The notes: generated from the letters alone by a model not told the origin. A stretch of DNA of 64,000 nt from Octopus sinensis (GCF_006345805.1 NC_043013.1:47120001-47184000), one strand, 5' to 3'. Shown: positions 1-14,717, counted from the stretch's first letter. Program-made: numbers and translations.

Positions 1-255
1 GAAATTATATTTCTTCAATCTGACAGAGAAAAGCTAGGAATACGTTGATGTAATGGTAGCTCACTTGTCACGAAAACATAGAGGTGTTTTCGTGTCCCAC
101 GCGTATAGACGACCCAAATTTTTCCGTCGAGAAGATTTACCATATTCAATGCACGGTAATCGCTTATGAGCTTTAAGCTTATAAAATATTATTATTAATA
201 TGTATATAAGGACAGCTAGCTAGATAAAGAATATTTCATATTGCATTGTACATGT

Positions 256-332
<77 letters not shown>

Positions 333-2320
333 TATATATAGTACATTTACTTAAATATGTGCGTGAGAGCGTGTATGCATTATATTGCATAACATATCAT
401 ATTCCACAATATGCATACACACACACATACACACACACACACACATATATATATGTATATATATATATATATATATATACACGCTGATATCGAAGAGTGA
501 GAATGAGTGCTCAAATCTGCATTGGTGGATAAATGTTCTTCGCTTTTGACCAAACAAGGTAAATAATGGTTTCATATTTATCTACTACATAAATACGAGT
601 GTATGTGAATATGAATGTGCGTTTAACCCCAAAAGGCGTCCTGAAGAAAAAAAAACAGAAGAATTTGAATTTCGGAATATGCATCCCTAAGAGAAAATTG
701 TCCGCAAATGATAATATAAATATATAATTAGCTACGAGGAATAACTCAACTTTTAGATCGACAAATCTCTCACTGTCCTTCGCCATCAATCTACTACTCT
801 CCGTCTGTCTGTCTGTCTGTCAGTCTCTTTCTCTCTCCCCCTCCCTCTCTCTCTCTTTCGCTCTCTTTGTATATGTATTAACTCTAACGCATTGCTTTCA
901 TTTTGTTTAAAACCTCGCATTATCGCGATTAATTTCATTTTATGACAGACATCACATACAAATCGTATTTTCTGCTTGTGTAAAAATGATCAAAATTTAA
1001 GCTTCTGCTACAATTTTCTAAATTTTTTTCTGGAATAAAAGAATCCAAACCTCCGATTCATCTTGAAAAGTACATCAATATACCAAGTCTGAAAAGTTTC
1101 ACGTAAATTTCCAAATTTCAAAATCTATGACAGCAGTAGAAAAGATCTCCTCCTTTCTAAACATATATCCATCTCATTTTCTCATGGTAAACTTTCTCAC
1201 GTTTTATAGAAGTATATCGCTTGTGTGTGTATGCATGTGTGTAAAGAATTACATTAGGGTGGCAGAATGATTTAAAATAGGTGTGTAAAAGATAATTTAT
1301 TTTAATAACATTCTTTTCCGTAATTTTTTTTCGAACACACACACAAACAAACAAACACACACACACTGAGTCGCTTGGCGTGGAGTGAGCTTTAAAAATT
1401 TAAATTACAAATGTTGTTGTTGCTTAAAACCCAGCAATGAACAGCCATGTCATAACTGTGTTTATGGGGAGAAAAAATATCGAAAAACCATCAATGCATG
1501 TCTGAGTGACAAAGAAACGGGGGAACGTACAAAGTGATCGTAGGATGCGCTAGAAACAACAGCTAAATCTCTCTCTTAACGCATTCGGAAGTTACAGATT
1601 CGGTCTGTTTATGTTTTAGAAGTATGATTTTTTTTTTAAATTCGAAACAAAGCTGAAATTTTAGGATATAGGCAGGGGTAGGATTAATGCAAAACATTAG
1701 AATACAAATCACTATTTTTTAAAAGAGCGTTTCAGTTTCTCTTTGAAAACAATGAAAGCGTGGACTGGAATGGTGGTCGCAGATTTCCAAAAGTTTTTTA
1801 TTTTTTTGTAAACTTAAAGGCTTCTCCCATCGTTTGTAAGTGCCTAGTGCAAAAAGAAAAAAAAAGACACTGGCCAAAATCAGTACTGAGGGAGGGAGTT
1901 GGGGGGTGAAATATTTTAACTTTTTTTCTTTTGTATCGAAAGGGCGTCTCCCAGTGTTTTTAAGTGCGTTGTGCAAAAATGAATAAATAAATAACAACTA
2001 ATAATAATAAAAAGGGCAGTATCGGTCCGGAAGCGGGGACGGGGAGATTCATAAATTTTCAAAAGTTTTTTTTTTTTTAATAAAAAGCTTCCCCTCTCCA
2101 ACTCATTTTTTGCAAGGACGTAGTGGTGGAAAACAATTTGAAAAATACCCGTCAAGTCGGAGGAAAATCCAACTTATGTGTGTGCCATTTTCGAAAGTCC
2201 GCCAAGAAAAATTTCCCGGCAAGGAGAGAACAATAGTCTAGTTTATATGTATAAATTCACATACATATAATCAGCAGGCAAAAATGAGTTGTATATACAT
2301 GCAGACGCACGCCCACACAT

Positions 2321-2534
2321 ACTCTCTTTTACTTGTTTCAGTCATTTGACTGCGGTCATGCTGGAGCACCGCCTTTAGTCGAGCAAATCGACCCCAGGAC
2401 TTATTCTTTGTAAGCCCAGTACTTATTCTATCGGCCCCTTTTGCTGAACCGCTAAGTGACGGGGATGTAAACACACCAGCATCGGTTGTCAAGCAATGCT
2501 AGGGGAACAAACACAGACACACAAACACACACAA

Positions 2535-2593
<59 letters not shown>

Positions 2594-2749
2594 TACGACG
2601 GGCTTCTTTCAGTTTCCGTCTACCAAATCCATTCACAAGGCATTGGTCGGCCCGGGGCTATAGCAGAGACACTTGCCCAAGATGCCACGCAGTGGGACTG
2701 AACCCGGAACCATGTGGTTGGTTAGCAAGCTACTTACACAAGCACTCCT
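2321..2749 (-). mobile_element. SINE family A (tRNA-derived head, internal microsatellite, CR1-like tail)
   Basis: Minus strand has A/B-box-like head (..GGTTCAGTCCC..), CTTGGGCAAGTGTC, an internal (TA)n and tail GGCGGTGCTCCAGCATGACCGCAGTCAAATGACTGAAACAAGTAAAAGAG; near-identical copies elsewhere in window. Confidence 0.9.
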
Positions 2750-2765
2750 GAATATATGAGTGTGA

Positions 2766-2871
<106 letters not shown>

Positions 2872-2996
2872 TGGTAAAACGGTAAGATAACAAAAGAAAG
2901 AAAGAGACCTCAATATTATGTAAATAGAGGAAATTTATCTATACAATAATATGTTACATAATCTTGACTATCGAGTAATGTAACATATTTTGGTGT

Positions 2997-3038
<42 letters not shown>

Positions 3039-3145
3039 AAATATATGCACCCATATTTAAATATATTTGCACCCATACACACATATGGCGGAAGTTCTAC
3101 GTGGGGTTAAACCATATATTGACGCAGTTGTCAATTGAGGAACTC

Positions 3146-3187
3146 ATAAACCTGATGATTGCGTAACACATGAAAGTACTAGTTTAT
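3146..3187 (+). ncRNA. Minimal type I hammerhead ribozyme motif (Penelope-like-element type)
   Basis: ATAAAC-CTGATGA-(weak stem II)-GAAA-GTAC-TA-GTTTAT: perfect 6-bp stem I, intact core, palindromic GTAC helix III loop. Confidence 0.7.
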
Positions 3188-3454
3188 TTCAATATTGTAA
3201 AATTGTAAAAATTTTAAATAATAAAACGTGAAAAATCAGGCGAAGTTGGAATGTTATTGATTAATATAGTCAATTTTACGCACGTTTCGGTTAGCTTCTT
3301 TTTTAAATGACTTTAGTTTTCATCTTTAATTCTCTTTTATACAAATTCTCTTTTTCCTCTCCCAAATAACTTTTTTGATTGTCGTCATCGGTGCTAATAG
3401 TCATCGTTACATTAAATGTTTACTAAAGAAATATGTATTTTAAAAAAAATATCT

Positions 3455-3715
3455 ACTCTTTTGCTCTTTTACTTGTTTCAGTCATTTGACTGTGGCGATG
3501 CTGGAGCACCACCTTTTGTCAAGCAAATCGACCTCAGGACTTATTCTTTGTAAGCCTAGTACTTATTCTATCGGTCTCTTTTGCCGAACCGCTAAGTTAC
3601 GGGGAGGTAAGCACACCGGCATCGGTTGTCAAGCGATGTTGGGAGGACAAACACGGACACACAAACATACAACACACACACACACACACACACACACACC
3701 ACACACACACACACA

Positions 3716-3800
<85 letters not shown>

Positions 3801-3980
3801 TACATATATATATATACGACGGACTTCTTTCAGTTTCCGTCTATCAAATCCACTCATAAAGCCTTGGTCGGCCCGAGGCTATAATAGAAGAAACTTTCCC
3901 AAGGTGCCACGCAGTGGGAACGAACCCGGAACCATGTGGTTGCTAAGCAAGCTACTTGCCATACAGCCACTCCTGCGCCT
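3455..3980 (-). mobile_element. SINE family A, full length
   Basis: Same head, body and tail as 2321-2749; internal (CA)n(TA)n expanded. Confidence 0.92.
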
Positions 3981-4038
3981 AAATTACACAACTAAACTAA
4001 AAGACAGAGTTTTCGTCTACCCGATAAGTTAGACCCCA

Positions 4039-4128
4039 AAATTTCGAGATCTGAAAGCAAATGAAATTTCGAGATCTGAAAGCAAATGAAATTTCGAGAT
4101 CTGAAAGCAAATGAAATTTCGAGATCTG
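4039..4128. repeat. 25-bp tandem repeat x3.6
   Basis: Unit AAATTTCGAGATCTGAAAGCAAATG starts at 4039, 4064, 4089, 4114. Confidence 0.95.
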
Positions 4129-4534
4129 TAAAACTAAAAATAATAATACATAAATAGATAAATAAAAAAATATAATTACAGTACGACGTGAAAAATCAGA
4201 ATTCCTCTGAAGAAGTCAAAAGACATGAACTCCACAGGCAAATCGCAAACTAATATTTAACTATGGTCAATAACCATAAGCCATGTCTTCTCATGACAAA
4301 TACTACCGTAAAATATATGTGTCATGATTTACATAAATCTAAATCTTGTCTGAATCGAAACACAGATGTCGCAACGTTAACGAAACAATGTTAGCTTTTT
4401 GCATATTTTTCTATGGATCTCAAAGCACACGCAGAGACAAGGGGAACAATATAAAATATAAAAAACAACAAAAAAAAAATCAGTTTTGTCTCTTCTTTCT
4501 CCTCAATATTATGTAAATACATTATATATGTACT

Positions 4535-4757
<223 letters not shown>

Positions 4758-5084
4758 TAACTTAAATAAAATTAAAAACAGAACACAATCTGTCACCCTC
4801 TCTTTCTCCCTTTCTTTATATATATATATATATATATATGTACGTGTATATAATGCATGGATATGTGCGCGTGCGCGCGTGTGTATAAATATGTATACAC
4901 AAACAGACAAGTATACAATCACACATACTCACACATATACATGTATATATATATATATATAAATGAAAAGTTGAAAATGAAGGAGGTGGATGTAATATAC
5001 TGTACGCGCAAATCTCTATATAAATATAAATATATATGCATGCTTGTCTGTGTGTGAGTTTTCGCGTGTATATATCCACACACA

Positions 5085-5362
<278 letters not shown>

Positions 5363-6360
5363 GCATGTATATGTGTACGCTTTTTTTTCCTTGTGCTATG
5401 CTTCAAATAAGAAATCGTTTTAATATCAGGTATTAAAATGTTTTTTATTTTGAAATGTCCCTGAAAATCTCGACGCTTCTATTAAATCCTATATATTTAC
5501 ATCATTTATAAGTGCGTTGGAATCTACGTGTGTAAATCAGAAGGTGAGAAACTCTGAGAGGGATGAGGGAGATAGGAAATCAAGGGTAAATAATTAACCA
5601 AATCTTCCGATTTCCGCGGTAACACGGTTATATCAGTAGATGATGACGATAACATTTATAGAAAACACAGCCAACTGAACACAAGCTGTTTTCTTATGTT
5701 TATTTATGATTTTTTTGGTCATATTTTTCACTGTTTTCTTATTGATATTTTTTTCCCAACGCAAAACAGGAATTAACTATGAATAAATGTCAGATATTGC
5801 TGTAGGTAATTCGAGGAAAAAAAACCCCCAAAAAGCCACAAATTATTCTTATCACAGTTTTGTGAATTGTTTCCTTGTTTTTGTTTATATTATTTATAAG
5901 TATATATTAATGGAATGTTTTCAAATGTATTCGATGCAAGTAAAGATTGTGTGTGTATGTTTGTGTGTGTATAAAATGATATATTTAAAACCATGAACAA
6001 TTTATATATACATGCATACATAAATGTATGTGTGTGCATAAGAATCGTGTTCTTTTCTCTGTAAGGACATACACTGTTATCTATAGAGAACTGTACAACC
6101 GCAAACACGCACGGAGCCAGTTAGATGGTTGCTCTGTATGTTGAAACCGATTACATTTTAAAATGAGCTTACGTATGTCTTTGACCTGCTTGATCGCTCT
6201 AATTTGGAACAAATGCTTTTGCTGGTGGAAATCGTTTTACCTTGACAAGTCTAAATGCTATATTTAAAGCCTTGTACCTTTTACCACCAGAAAAGCAGTA
6301 AAACAGCTCATTCAGCTGTCTGATCAATTCCTTGTTATCATAGTTTATAAAAATCTGGCA

Positions 6361-6765
6361 TTCTTTTATTCTTTTACTTGTTTCAGTCTTTTGACTACGG
6401 CCATGATGTAGCACCGCATTAAAGTGTCCTTTAGTCGAAGAAATCGACGCCAGAACTTATACTTTGTAAGCTTAGTACTTATTCTATCGGTCTCTTTTGA
6501 CGAACCACTAGTATATCGGGGACGTAAAAACACCAACATCTGTTGTCAAGCGATGGCGGTGGAGTCAAAGACAGGCTCAATGACACACACATAAATATAT
6601 ACATGTATATACGAAGGGCTTCATTCAGTTTCCGTCTACCATGGCTTTGGTCGGCTCGAGGTTGTAGTAGAAAACATTTGCCCAATGTGCCATGCAGTGG
6701 GACTGAACCCAGAATCATGCTGTTGGGAAGCAAGCTTCTTATCACACAGCCATACCTGAGCCTGT
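6361..6765 (-). mobile_element. SINE family A, older diverged copy
   Basis: Colinear with 43236-43668 but with many substitutions and a deletion. Confidence 0.85.
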
Positions 6766-7242
6766 GTTAAGGAGCCTGTGTTAGGAAAAACTAAAGAATG
6801 CGCTGTAACTGATGATGGCAACTTTTTACTTCCACAGTTTAGCGATAGACTTGAATATTTTATAGAAACAGTTTTTGCAGTGCAGTTTAGTTCTGGTTAT
6901 TTCCAAGAGAGCAGAGCTAATAACACGTTTCCAACACGAGGTATATTAAATTTTCAGGCGTAAGCTTCACTGAGAATATGAATATTAAGAACAAAAGAAG
7001 GATTTTTAAATTAGATAAGGTTGTTTTTGTGAAATGTTCCTGTGTTTGAATTTTTATTGCGCTAGCAATTTGTGCATAAATACACCTTAAACGAGAACCA
7101 CGTTCTGTGTGCGAATTTACTTTTTAAAATTCATCTTAATTTGTATATCTACGAGGTTATTAAGCATCTAACAATTATTATTTTCGTAAAACATGAATTT
7201 CTCACCGTACATATATAGTACAAAGATCTGTGCATGTGTATG

Positions 7243-7313
<71 letters not shown>

Positions 7314-7469
7314 TACATATATATATACATATATATATATACACATACATATATACATCTATATATATATATATATAATATATATTATATATATATATAT
7401 ATTTATATACATACATATATATATATATAATATATATACATATATATACATATATATATATATATACAT

Positions 7470-7562
<93 letters not shown>

Positions 7563-7564
7563 TA

Positions 7565-7766
7565 ATCCCAACATGAAAACTCAAAGAGAAAGCAACAGCG
7601 CGAGGACCTGGAACAAATATAGTGTTATTGGACACTCAGGAAAGGAAAGAAAGAAGGAGGATTTAACGCTTCGAGCAGAGCTCTTCGTCATAACCATAGG
7701 AATAGGAAAGATCCAAGGAAGGGAAGACGGAGGAAAAATCGCAAACGATACACATGCGGTCACATA
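7565..7766 (-). mobile_element. Short Penelope-like terminal relic with degenerate hammerhead (7658-7695)
   Basis: Minus: GGTT-ATGACGA-A-GAGC TCT GCTC-GAAG-CGT-TA-AATCC; two core substitutions; abuts (TA)n. Confidence 0.5.
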
Positions 7767-7769
7767 TTC

Positions 7770-7835
7770 ACCAATTTCACTCACAAGGCCTTTGTCGGCT
7801 CGAGGCTTTATAGTAGAAGACACTTGCCCAAGGTT
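7770..7835 (-). mobile_element. SINE family A fragment, inverted relative to the next copy
   Basis: Reverse complement of about 7953-8018. Confidence 0.8.
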
Positions 7836-7885
7836 ACATATATATGTAAGTAGGTACATATATGAATGCATATATGCATATATCT

Positions 7886-8280
7886 GGCGTGGCTGTGTGC
7901 TACAAGGGTTGCTTCCCAACCACATGGTTCCGGGTTCAGTCCCACTGCGTGAAACCTTGTGCAAGTGTCTCTACTATAGAGCCTCGAGCCGACCAATGCC
8001 TTGTGAGTGAATTTGGTAGACAGAAACTGAAAGAAGCCCGTCGTATATGTGTGTATGTGTGTGCGTTCGCGGCGCGCGTGTCTACTTATGTACGTCTGTG
8101 TTTGTCCCCGATGGTTGTGTGTTTATATCGCTTTAACCTAGCGGTTCCGCAAAGACCACTAGAATAAGTACTGGGCTTACATAGAATAAGCCCTGGGGTC
8201 GATTTCTTTGATTAAAACCAATTAACTCGGTGTTCCAGCATTCCTGCATTAAGATAACCGAAACAAGTGAAACAAGAAAA

Positions 8281-8283
<3 letters not shown>
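7886..8283 (+). mobile_element. SINE family A
   Basis: GGCGTGGCTGTGTG..GGTTCAGTCCCACTGCG head, body, and tail ending GAAACAAGTGAAACAAG. Confidence 0.88.
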
Positions 8284-8335
<52 letters not shown>

Positions 8336-8354
8336 CATACGCGCGCATACACAT

Positions 8355-8407
<53 letters not shown>

Positions 8408-8763
8408 ACGTTACGCATCCATTTCTGAGTAAGTTTTATCTTAATAATTTTGATGCGACACTTGTTCTATTCTATTTTTCTTTCGTTTCCTCTCTCTTCC
8501 TTTTTCTAATTCATTTCCCCCTTTCGTTTCTTTCTCTGTCTGTCCCTCTCTTTCCCTCACTCTTACTCCTTTGCTCTCTCATTGCTCGCATGTGACCATC
8601 GGCCATCTTTCTTTTTCTAGCTTGAATTTCATTCTTTCCTTCCGATCAACTGCACCGACTGCATTTTATCTTGGACATGTGTTCCGGTCAATGATAAACG
8701 GAACAGTATCATCCCCCCTTCAACCCCACACCATAAATCGATGAATTAACTGACGCTCAGTTT

Positions 8764-9002
8764 GTTACAATGAAGGGAGTTCCAGTTGATCCGATCAATG
8801 GAACAGCCAGCTCGGAAAATTAAAGTGCAAGTGACTGAGCACTCCATTGACACTCGTACTTTTAAAGTAATTTTCTGGGAGATTCAGCGTGACACAGAAT
8901 GCAACAGGACTGGCCCTTTGAATTACAGGTAAAACTCGATTTTTCTAGCTGAGTGAACTGGAATAGCGTAAAATAGAGTTTTGCTGAAGGATACAACGCG
9001 CC
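8764..9002 (-). mobile_element. SINE family D (CORE-like body plus tail X), 5'-truncated
   Basis: Matches 62236-62433 and the tail of 46431-46820. Confidence 0.75.
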
Positions 9003-9259
9003 ACGCGTGGCTTAGTGGTTGGCATAAATCGATGTATATTAAACCAAACAATAATAGATTCAAATGAAACAGCAGCACTACTAATGATGCAAGTTCTTCC
9101 TGCTGAATTTCATTTTAGTTTCGTTCAACATGACCTTCTTCCTTTTCTTTTTACGCTCTCTCTTCCGTCTCTCGCTTTTGCTATTGTTACATGTACAATG
9201 GTAGTTCTTTTCCTTCAGAATCAAAGACATTAACATACCACCCACGGTCAAATAAGTTC

Positions 9260-9289
<30 letters not shown>

Positions 9290-9290
<1 letters not shown>

Positions 9291-9460
9291 TGAGTCCATT
9301 ACATCAACACCAGTGTTTAACTAGTACTTATCTTATTGACCCCGAAAGAATGAAAGGCAAAGTCGATCTCGGCGGAATTTGAACTCAAAACGCAAAAACG
9401 GACGGAATACCGCTTTTTATTTTGTCCGGCGTACTAACAATTCTGCCAGCTCACCGCCTT
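9290..9460 (-). mobile_element. SINE family B monomer
   Basis: Head GGCGGTGAGCTGGCAGAATTGTTAG, B box GAGTTCAAATTCC, body GCCTTTCATTCTTTCGGGGTC. Confidence 0.85.
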
Positions 9461-9479
9461 ACTCACGGTCAAATACCCA

Positions 9480-9846
9480 TTTTAAATTTTCGCACAAGGC
9501 CAGCAATTTCTGGCCAGTGTTCAACTGGTAGTCATTTTATCAAAAACGAAAGGATGAAAAGGAAAGTCTACCTCGACGGAATTTGAATTCAAAAGGTAAA
9601 AATTGATGAAATACCTATTTCTTTACTACCCACAAGGGGCTAAACACAGAGAGAACAAACAAGGACTGACACACGGATTAAGTCGATTATATCGACACCA
9701 GTGCGTAACTGGTACTTATTTAATCGACCCCGAAAGGATGAAAGGCAAAGTTGACCTCGGCGGAATTTGAACTCAGAACCTAACGGCAGACGAAATACCG
9801 TTAAGCACTTCGCCCGGCGTGCTAACGACTATGCCAGCTCGCCACC
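9480..9846 (-). mobile_element. SINE family B dimer (tail-1 unit then tail-3 unit)
   Basis: One head; junction AAAGAAATA|GGTATTTC near 9615. Confidence 0.88.
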
Positions 9847-12800
9847 CTACTCACGGTCAAATATTGCTAACAGTTCTCTGATTCACTTAATTTTTCTTTC
9901 TATGCTGGAGGAAACTATTAATGACTATTCAGTAGAAACTGAGAAATTTGATAATCACCAAAGTTTTAATGGAAATCAAATAGATGGTATTTTACATAGA
10001 ATATTAGAACTTTTATAGAAATAGATTACTGTTTATGTTTCTTCAGTTACATTAGATGAAATGTTCCCCGAATCCGATGGGTTCTGATACTCAATTCAGA
10101 TAAAATATTCTATCAAGAAAACTGCAGCATCTTCGAAAGATGCATGGAATATGTAAACTATATAAATGAGAGAGAGATTAAATGTTATATAGATGGAATG
10201 AGATATAAACAAATATACACGGCGTAATTAATAGATATGATAAGCAGATACTAATACAAACAATGACTCGATAAAAAAAATATCAACAACAGGTTTATAA
10301 GATTAGATATTTGAAAATAAGCAAAATAAAATATATCTATATAACAGGTAAATGCAATCATTAAAGGTAATTAATAATGATAAAAACCTAGCATCACCAC
10401 TCACTAATGGATGGAAATATCCATAAATCTTAAATAAAATGTAAATAAATGTTAGAGAAGAAGATAAATCAGTATTACACAACAGAGATAACAAAAGCAT
10501 CAGCTACACATAGATAAAATATCTTACCATTGAATATGAGAAATACATTAAAACATATCAATAGATGTTGATAGAACTAAATATTATTATTTTCAACTAT
10601 TTCTAGTTAGATTAAAGGAAATATAATTAGAAGAAACTGATCGAAATAACAACACTTCTGAAGTAGGAGACTTAATGAAAATACGTTGCTGATAAAATAA
10701 CTAAATATGTCAATGGATGAGTGAATAACATGAACACAAAAAAGAAATAATCATATAAATAAATAAATATATCCGTGAATAAATACAAAACTGTTATTGC
10801 TTTGTTTGAAATACAGTTCGGCATATTTAAAGACGGAGGAAGATATAAGTAAAATGTTTGTCTTGAAAAGACATAATTTCAGAGAATATTGTATTAATTA
10901 AAATGTTGAATATAATCTGAATAATGAAAAGATGGGGGCCTGGAAATCTGTATACAGTAATGTTGTTAGCTGAAACTGATTTATGAAAATCAAGTCTGTA
11001 TATTTGTAGGGTGTATAGAGGTTAAACATTTGTTTTTGTTTTGAATAGATTTTATATAACAACAGATTATTTTGTATTTTTAAATTCTTGTAAGAAATAT
11101 TAAGAATGTGAACTATCACATGGACGGATCGCCAGGAAAGCAACGAAGAGAACAACGGTTCATGTATCACCACAGAATTTGTTGCTTCAACCCTGGTTAG
11201 TCTCGACCGAGCTGACATATCATCAAAGCGTGTCAGCCGAGTCCATTCTAATTGAGGGGAAAGGTAGGGTGCTATTCTACTGCAAGCTGGGCTGATATAT
11301 TTCGCCACTAAGGATTGTAGTTGCTTTATAAACTTGAAATAAATTTCATCGTCTCCAGAGACAAGTTTATGTTACATGCATGTAAAAATAAAAATAGGAA
11401 CTGGCTGGAGAGACTGCAGAGTTCCGGGAGGAAGGAAAGTTAACAGTGATATGAGTACTGCCTCTTTATGTAGATTGTATTTCTGTGTAGTAGTTTGGAA
11501 AAGAGAAACTAGTAATTTGTATGCCTGGTTGATACAATACAAAATTCATGCTGCAGTTTTAATTAATCATTCATATATAGTTTGGCTTATTGAACTACCA
11601 GTGTCATATCATTTAATAAAAAAAATAATAAGCGTCCTCATCAGGGCAGATGTTTTAAAATGTTCTGGAGCGTTAATTGTTTCATTGATTTATTTTAAAT
11701 ATTATTATAATAGCCCAGGTCAATCAATATTGATGCAATGATTGCTTTAAGTAATATTTAATTACGTTTGGGCAGTATCAAGATCTCTAGATAGTTGTCA
11801 ATGTGCAGAATCTGTAAGCTGGGGCAAGCAGTTAAAGATACTTCCCTTACATCAACTATGCTGTTCCACAAACCTGCTATGACTTCACTTTTGTTTTTAC
11901 TGTAGAAATACGTTTTCTAATAGTACATAAGAAATTAATATTTATACCCCATTCTATCACGATCACCAAAGTTTTATGTGATGTACTAACCGAATCCCAA
12001 TTCGACAAAAATCAGTTTTGCCATTCGTCCTTCCAAGAAAAAAGTAAGTAACTTCTAAGTTCGATTATGCCCTTAATTTGATCAACAGTACTCTTTAATT
12101 TATAAATGATCTGAGAAGTTTATTTTCATCCTTGCTGTATTTTTTCTCTGTGAGATAAGTCCACATATTCTTTGAGAAGAGATATAATTATGTCGATTGA
12201 CTTATCACTGTTATTTATTTTTTGAATACTGAAAAATTCTCCGGCACTAATTTACCAAAAAAACTATTCACCGATTAGCAGGTTAATTACCGGTAATTGA
12301 CCGGTTAATATATTCCCTGATTGCAAATTGTTAATTATTATCAATACTCCAATAAAATATCTAAAACAAAAATATACTTAATGATCACCAAAATTATTTG
12401 AAACATGAAAACATTGATAAAACATTGAAGAGATTTCTAAAATAAGAGTGTTCAGACTAACTGGCTTAAATATGCAGCAATTACTCCACATCAAGCCGTT
12501 TTATTGTAGAGGCACTGTCACGATATATTTTTCAGTACAAAGAAAGCTTTTCTTAATTGATGATTTCTTGGTCAGTGAACTAACGTCGGTCAATTACTTT
12601 TCCTAAATTTTCCGTTGTCTCTTAGCTATTTATCGAAGGACTTTTTAACGGAATGGTTTCTAACGAGTGACTTTTTTTTACAAAATAACGTTTTACATTT
12701 AATAAAATAAGGTTATTAAAGAATTATTTTGCAAAATAGTTATAATTATAGGATACTTTTAAATATAGAATAATTTGTGATATAAAATATGTGCTACTGT

Positions 12801-13007
12801 CCGCAGATATTTTTAGAATATATTATTTTGCGACATAATGTTATCTTTCGGACAAGTTTAAAAATAAAAAATCATTTTAAATGAAAGATGAACTCAAATT
12901 TAAATATATAACTTAATTTAAGAAATATAATTTTCATCCCAAAAATTAATTAAAAAGTCATGTAACCAACTTTAAAATTTGTATAGATTAATTAATGAGT
13001 CTATATT

Positions 13008-13066
<59 letters not shown>

Positions 13067-14043
13067 TGTGTGTGTGTGTGTGTGTGTGCCTGCGTGCGTT
13101 TGCGTGTGTGTGTGTGTGGGAGTTTTCGCGGATAAAATTTTGTATGAAAAATGTACAAATGCTTTATTCATACATTTTTAACATAGATTGATCGTTCTAC
13201 GTATGTCATGACTTAATTTTGTCACTTTTCCGACAGTCAATGATCAAATTGCATTTGACTGGTCTGAAATAGTTAGCTGTTCTCAAGTAGTATCTTCCTA
13301 AAGATAAAATAAATCTACAAAATATTTTTCAAAACATGAAACGTCCTTTGGTAATTCGATAAAACGTCGTTCGATGAAATTTCATTCCATAAACTCTGTT
13401 CGATAAAAATCTTTCAACAGGTTTCAGCACATATTAGTCTATCGATCATAGAAAGTTGCAAAACAAAATCGATTTTGGTGTAAAAGTCAGTTTTTGGGAC
13501 GAATAAGGATAGAAATATTCACTGTACGACGCTTAGAGGGGGGCTTTGGTTTCTATATTATCTACAGTATCATACAGAATACTGAAGTATACCCGTTGTA
13601 CTACAGCAAGAAAGAAGGTGGAAGAAGTTAATACAAACAGCTATGCATTTGGACATTCTAATAACATCAGATTAAACAGACCAGATTAAACAGAATAAAC
13701 AGACTTTCTAAATTTATCGTTTCTGGAGAGATTATGAAGATAGTCAGAGATTATTTCTCTGTTTCGCTGTCGCCAGAAGACTGGGAATGAAAGATTTGTG
13801 GGAAAATCATATTTGTGAATTCCCCACCAATAAATAAAAAGAAAGCATTTAACAACCAGCATTCAGATGGTTTAAAAAAAGAAAGAACATCTGATTTTAC
13901 CAAGCACTTACTATATGTCAAGTACATATTTGTTTACATTTTCGGCTTCTTGGAATGTGAAAGTGAAACGACATGAAATTAATATCTGGTCACAAGAGCT
14001 ATAGAATGAGAGATCTTCGAAACCAAAAGAGTATTGGATATTT

Positions 14044-14105
14044 GATTAGTAGACAGGTTAACTGACCATTATATGATTAGTAGACTTGTTAACTGACCAT
14101 TATAT
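14044..14105. repeat. 31-bp tandem duplication
   Basis: TGATTAGTAGAC(AG/TT)GTTAACTGACCATTATA twice. Confidence 0.85.
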
Positions 14106-14313
14106 CCCAAAGTAAGATAAATAATCTGCATAAATTAAGATAGTGCTCAGTGTTAATAATTCCACTGATTATATCAGGGCACAAGTGTCAAATTAATGGA
14201 AAATGGTAGCAACAATAACCAAAGTCAATATACGATTCTTCAATACAATCCCATTTCTAAATGATAATTCTAAATATTTATATCAATTGTATAATTTTTT
14301 ATACAAATGTAAA

Positions 14314-14635
14314 ACTCTTTAACTAGTTTCAGCTCGAAAGCTACGGCCATGCTAGGGCACCTCCATTGACTTTGCTACACCTTCATCATTTGAAACCTCC
14401 TGTGATATGTGGCATTTGGTGACTGAAGGAGTTTGATGCTGTTGCGCTCTGATCCTTGTTTCCTGCTGTGAGGTAGGCTCATCGGGAACCCTTGACAGGA
14501 GGAGATCCAGTTTTGTTTTGAAGGGACCTACATCCACAACATGAAGATCTTAAAGGAATTTTTAAAAGATATTGAAGAGCAATGTGTTCTTGAAATCCAA
14601 GCTGTTGCAGTATCTGATCCTGTATTTTAATGACG
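14314..14635 (-). mobile_element. CR1-group LINE 3' fragment
   Basis: Translation FKTKLDLLLSRVPDEPTSQQE; 3' end GGAGGTGCCCTAGCATGGCCGTAGCTTTCGAGCTGAAAC. Confidence 0.8.
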
Positions 14636-14652
14636 ATGTTGATATATATATA

Positions 14653-14703
<51 letters not shown>

Positions 14704-14717
14704 TATACATACATATA

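Noticed and set aside
1700-2241. Possible Helitron with degenerate ~140-bp internal repeats ending in CTAG|T
   Set aside because: Terminal hairpin incomplete and 5' end not identifiable
3275-3395. Minus-strand CCGATGA...CGAAACGTGCGTA hammerhead relic
   Set aside because: Core is mutated and neither stem I nor stem II pairs convincingly; possible PLE remnant only
11126-11165. GSPGKQRRE resembling a homeodomain N-terminal arm
   Set aside because: Not followed by RTTF or the helix motifs
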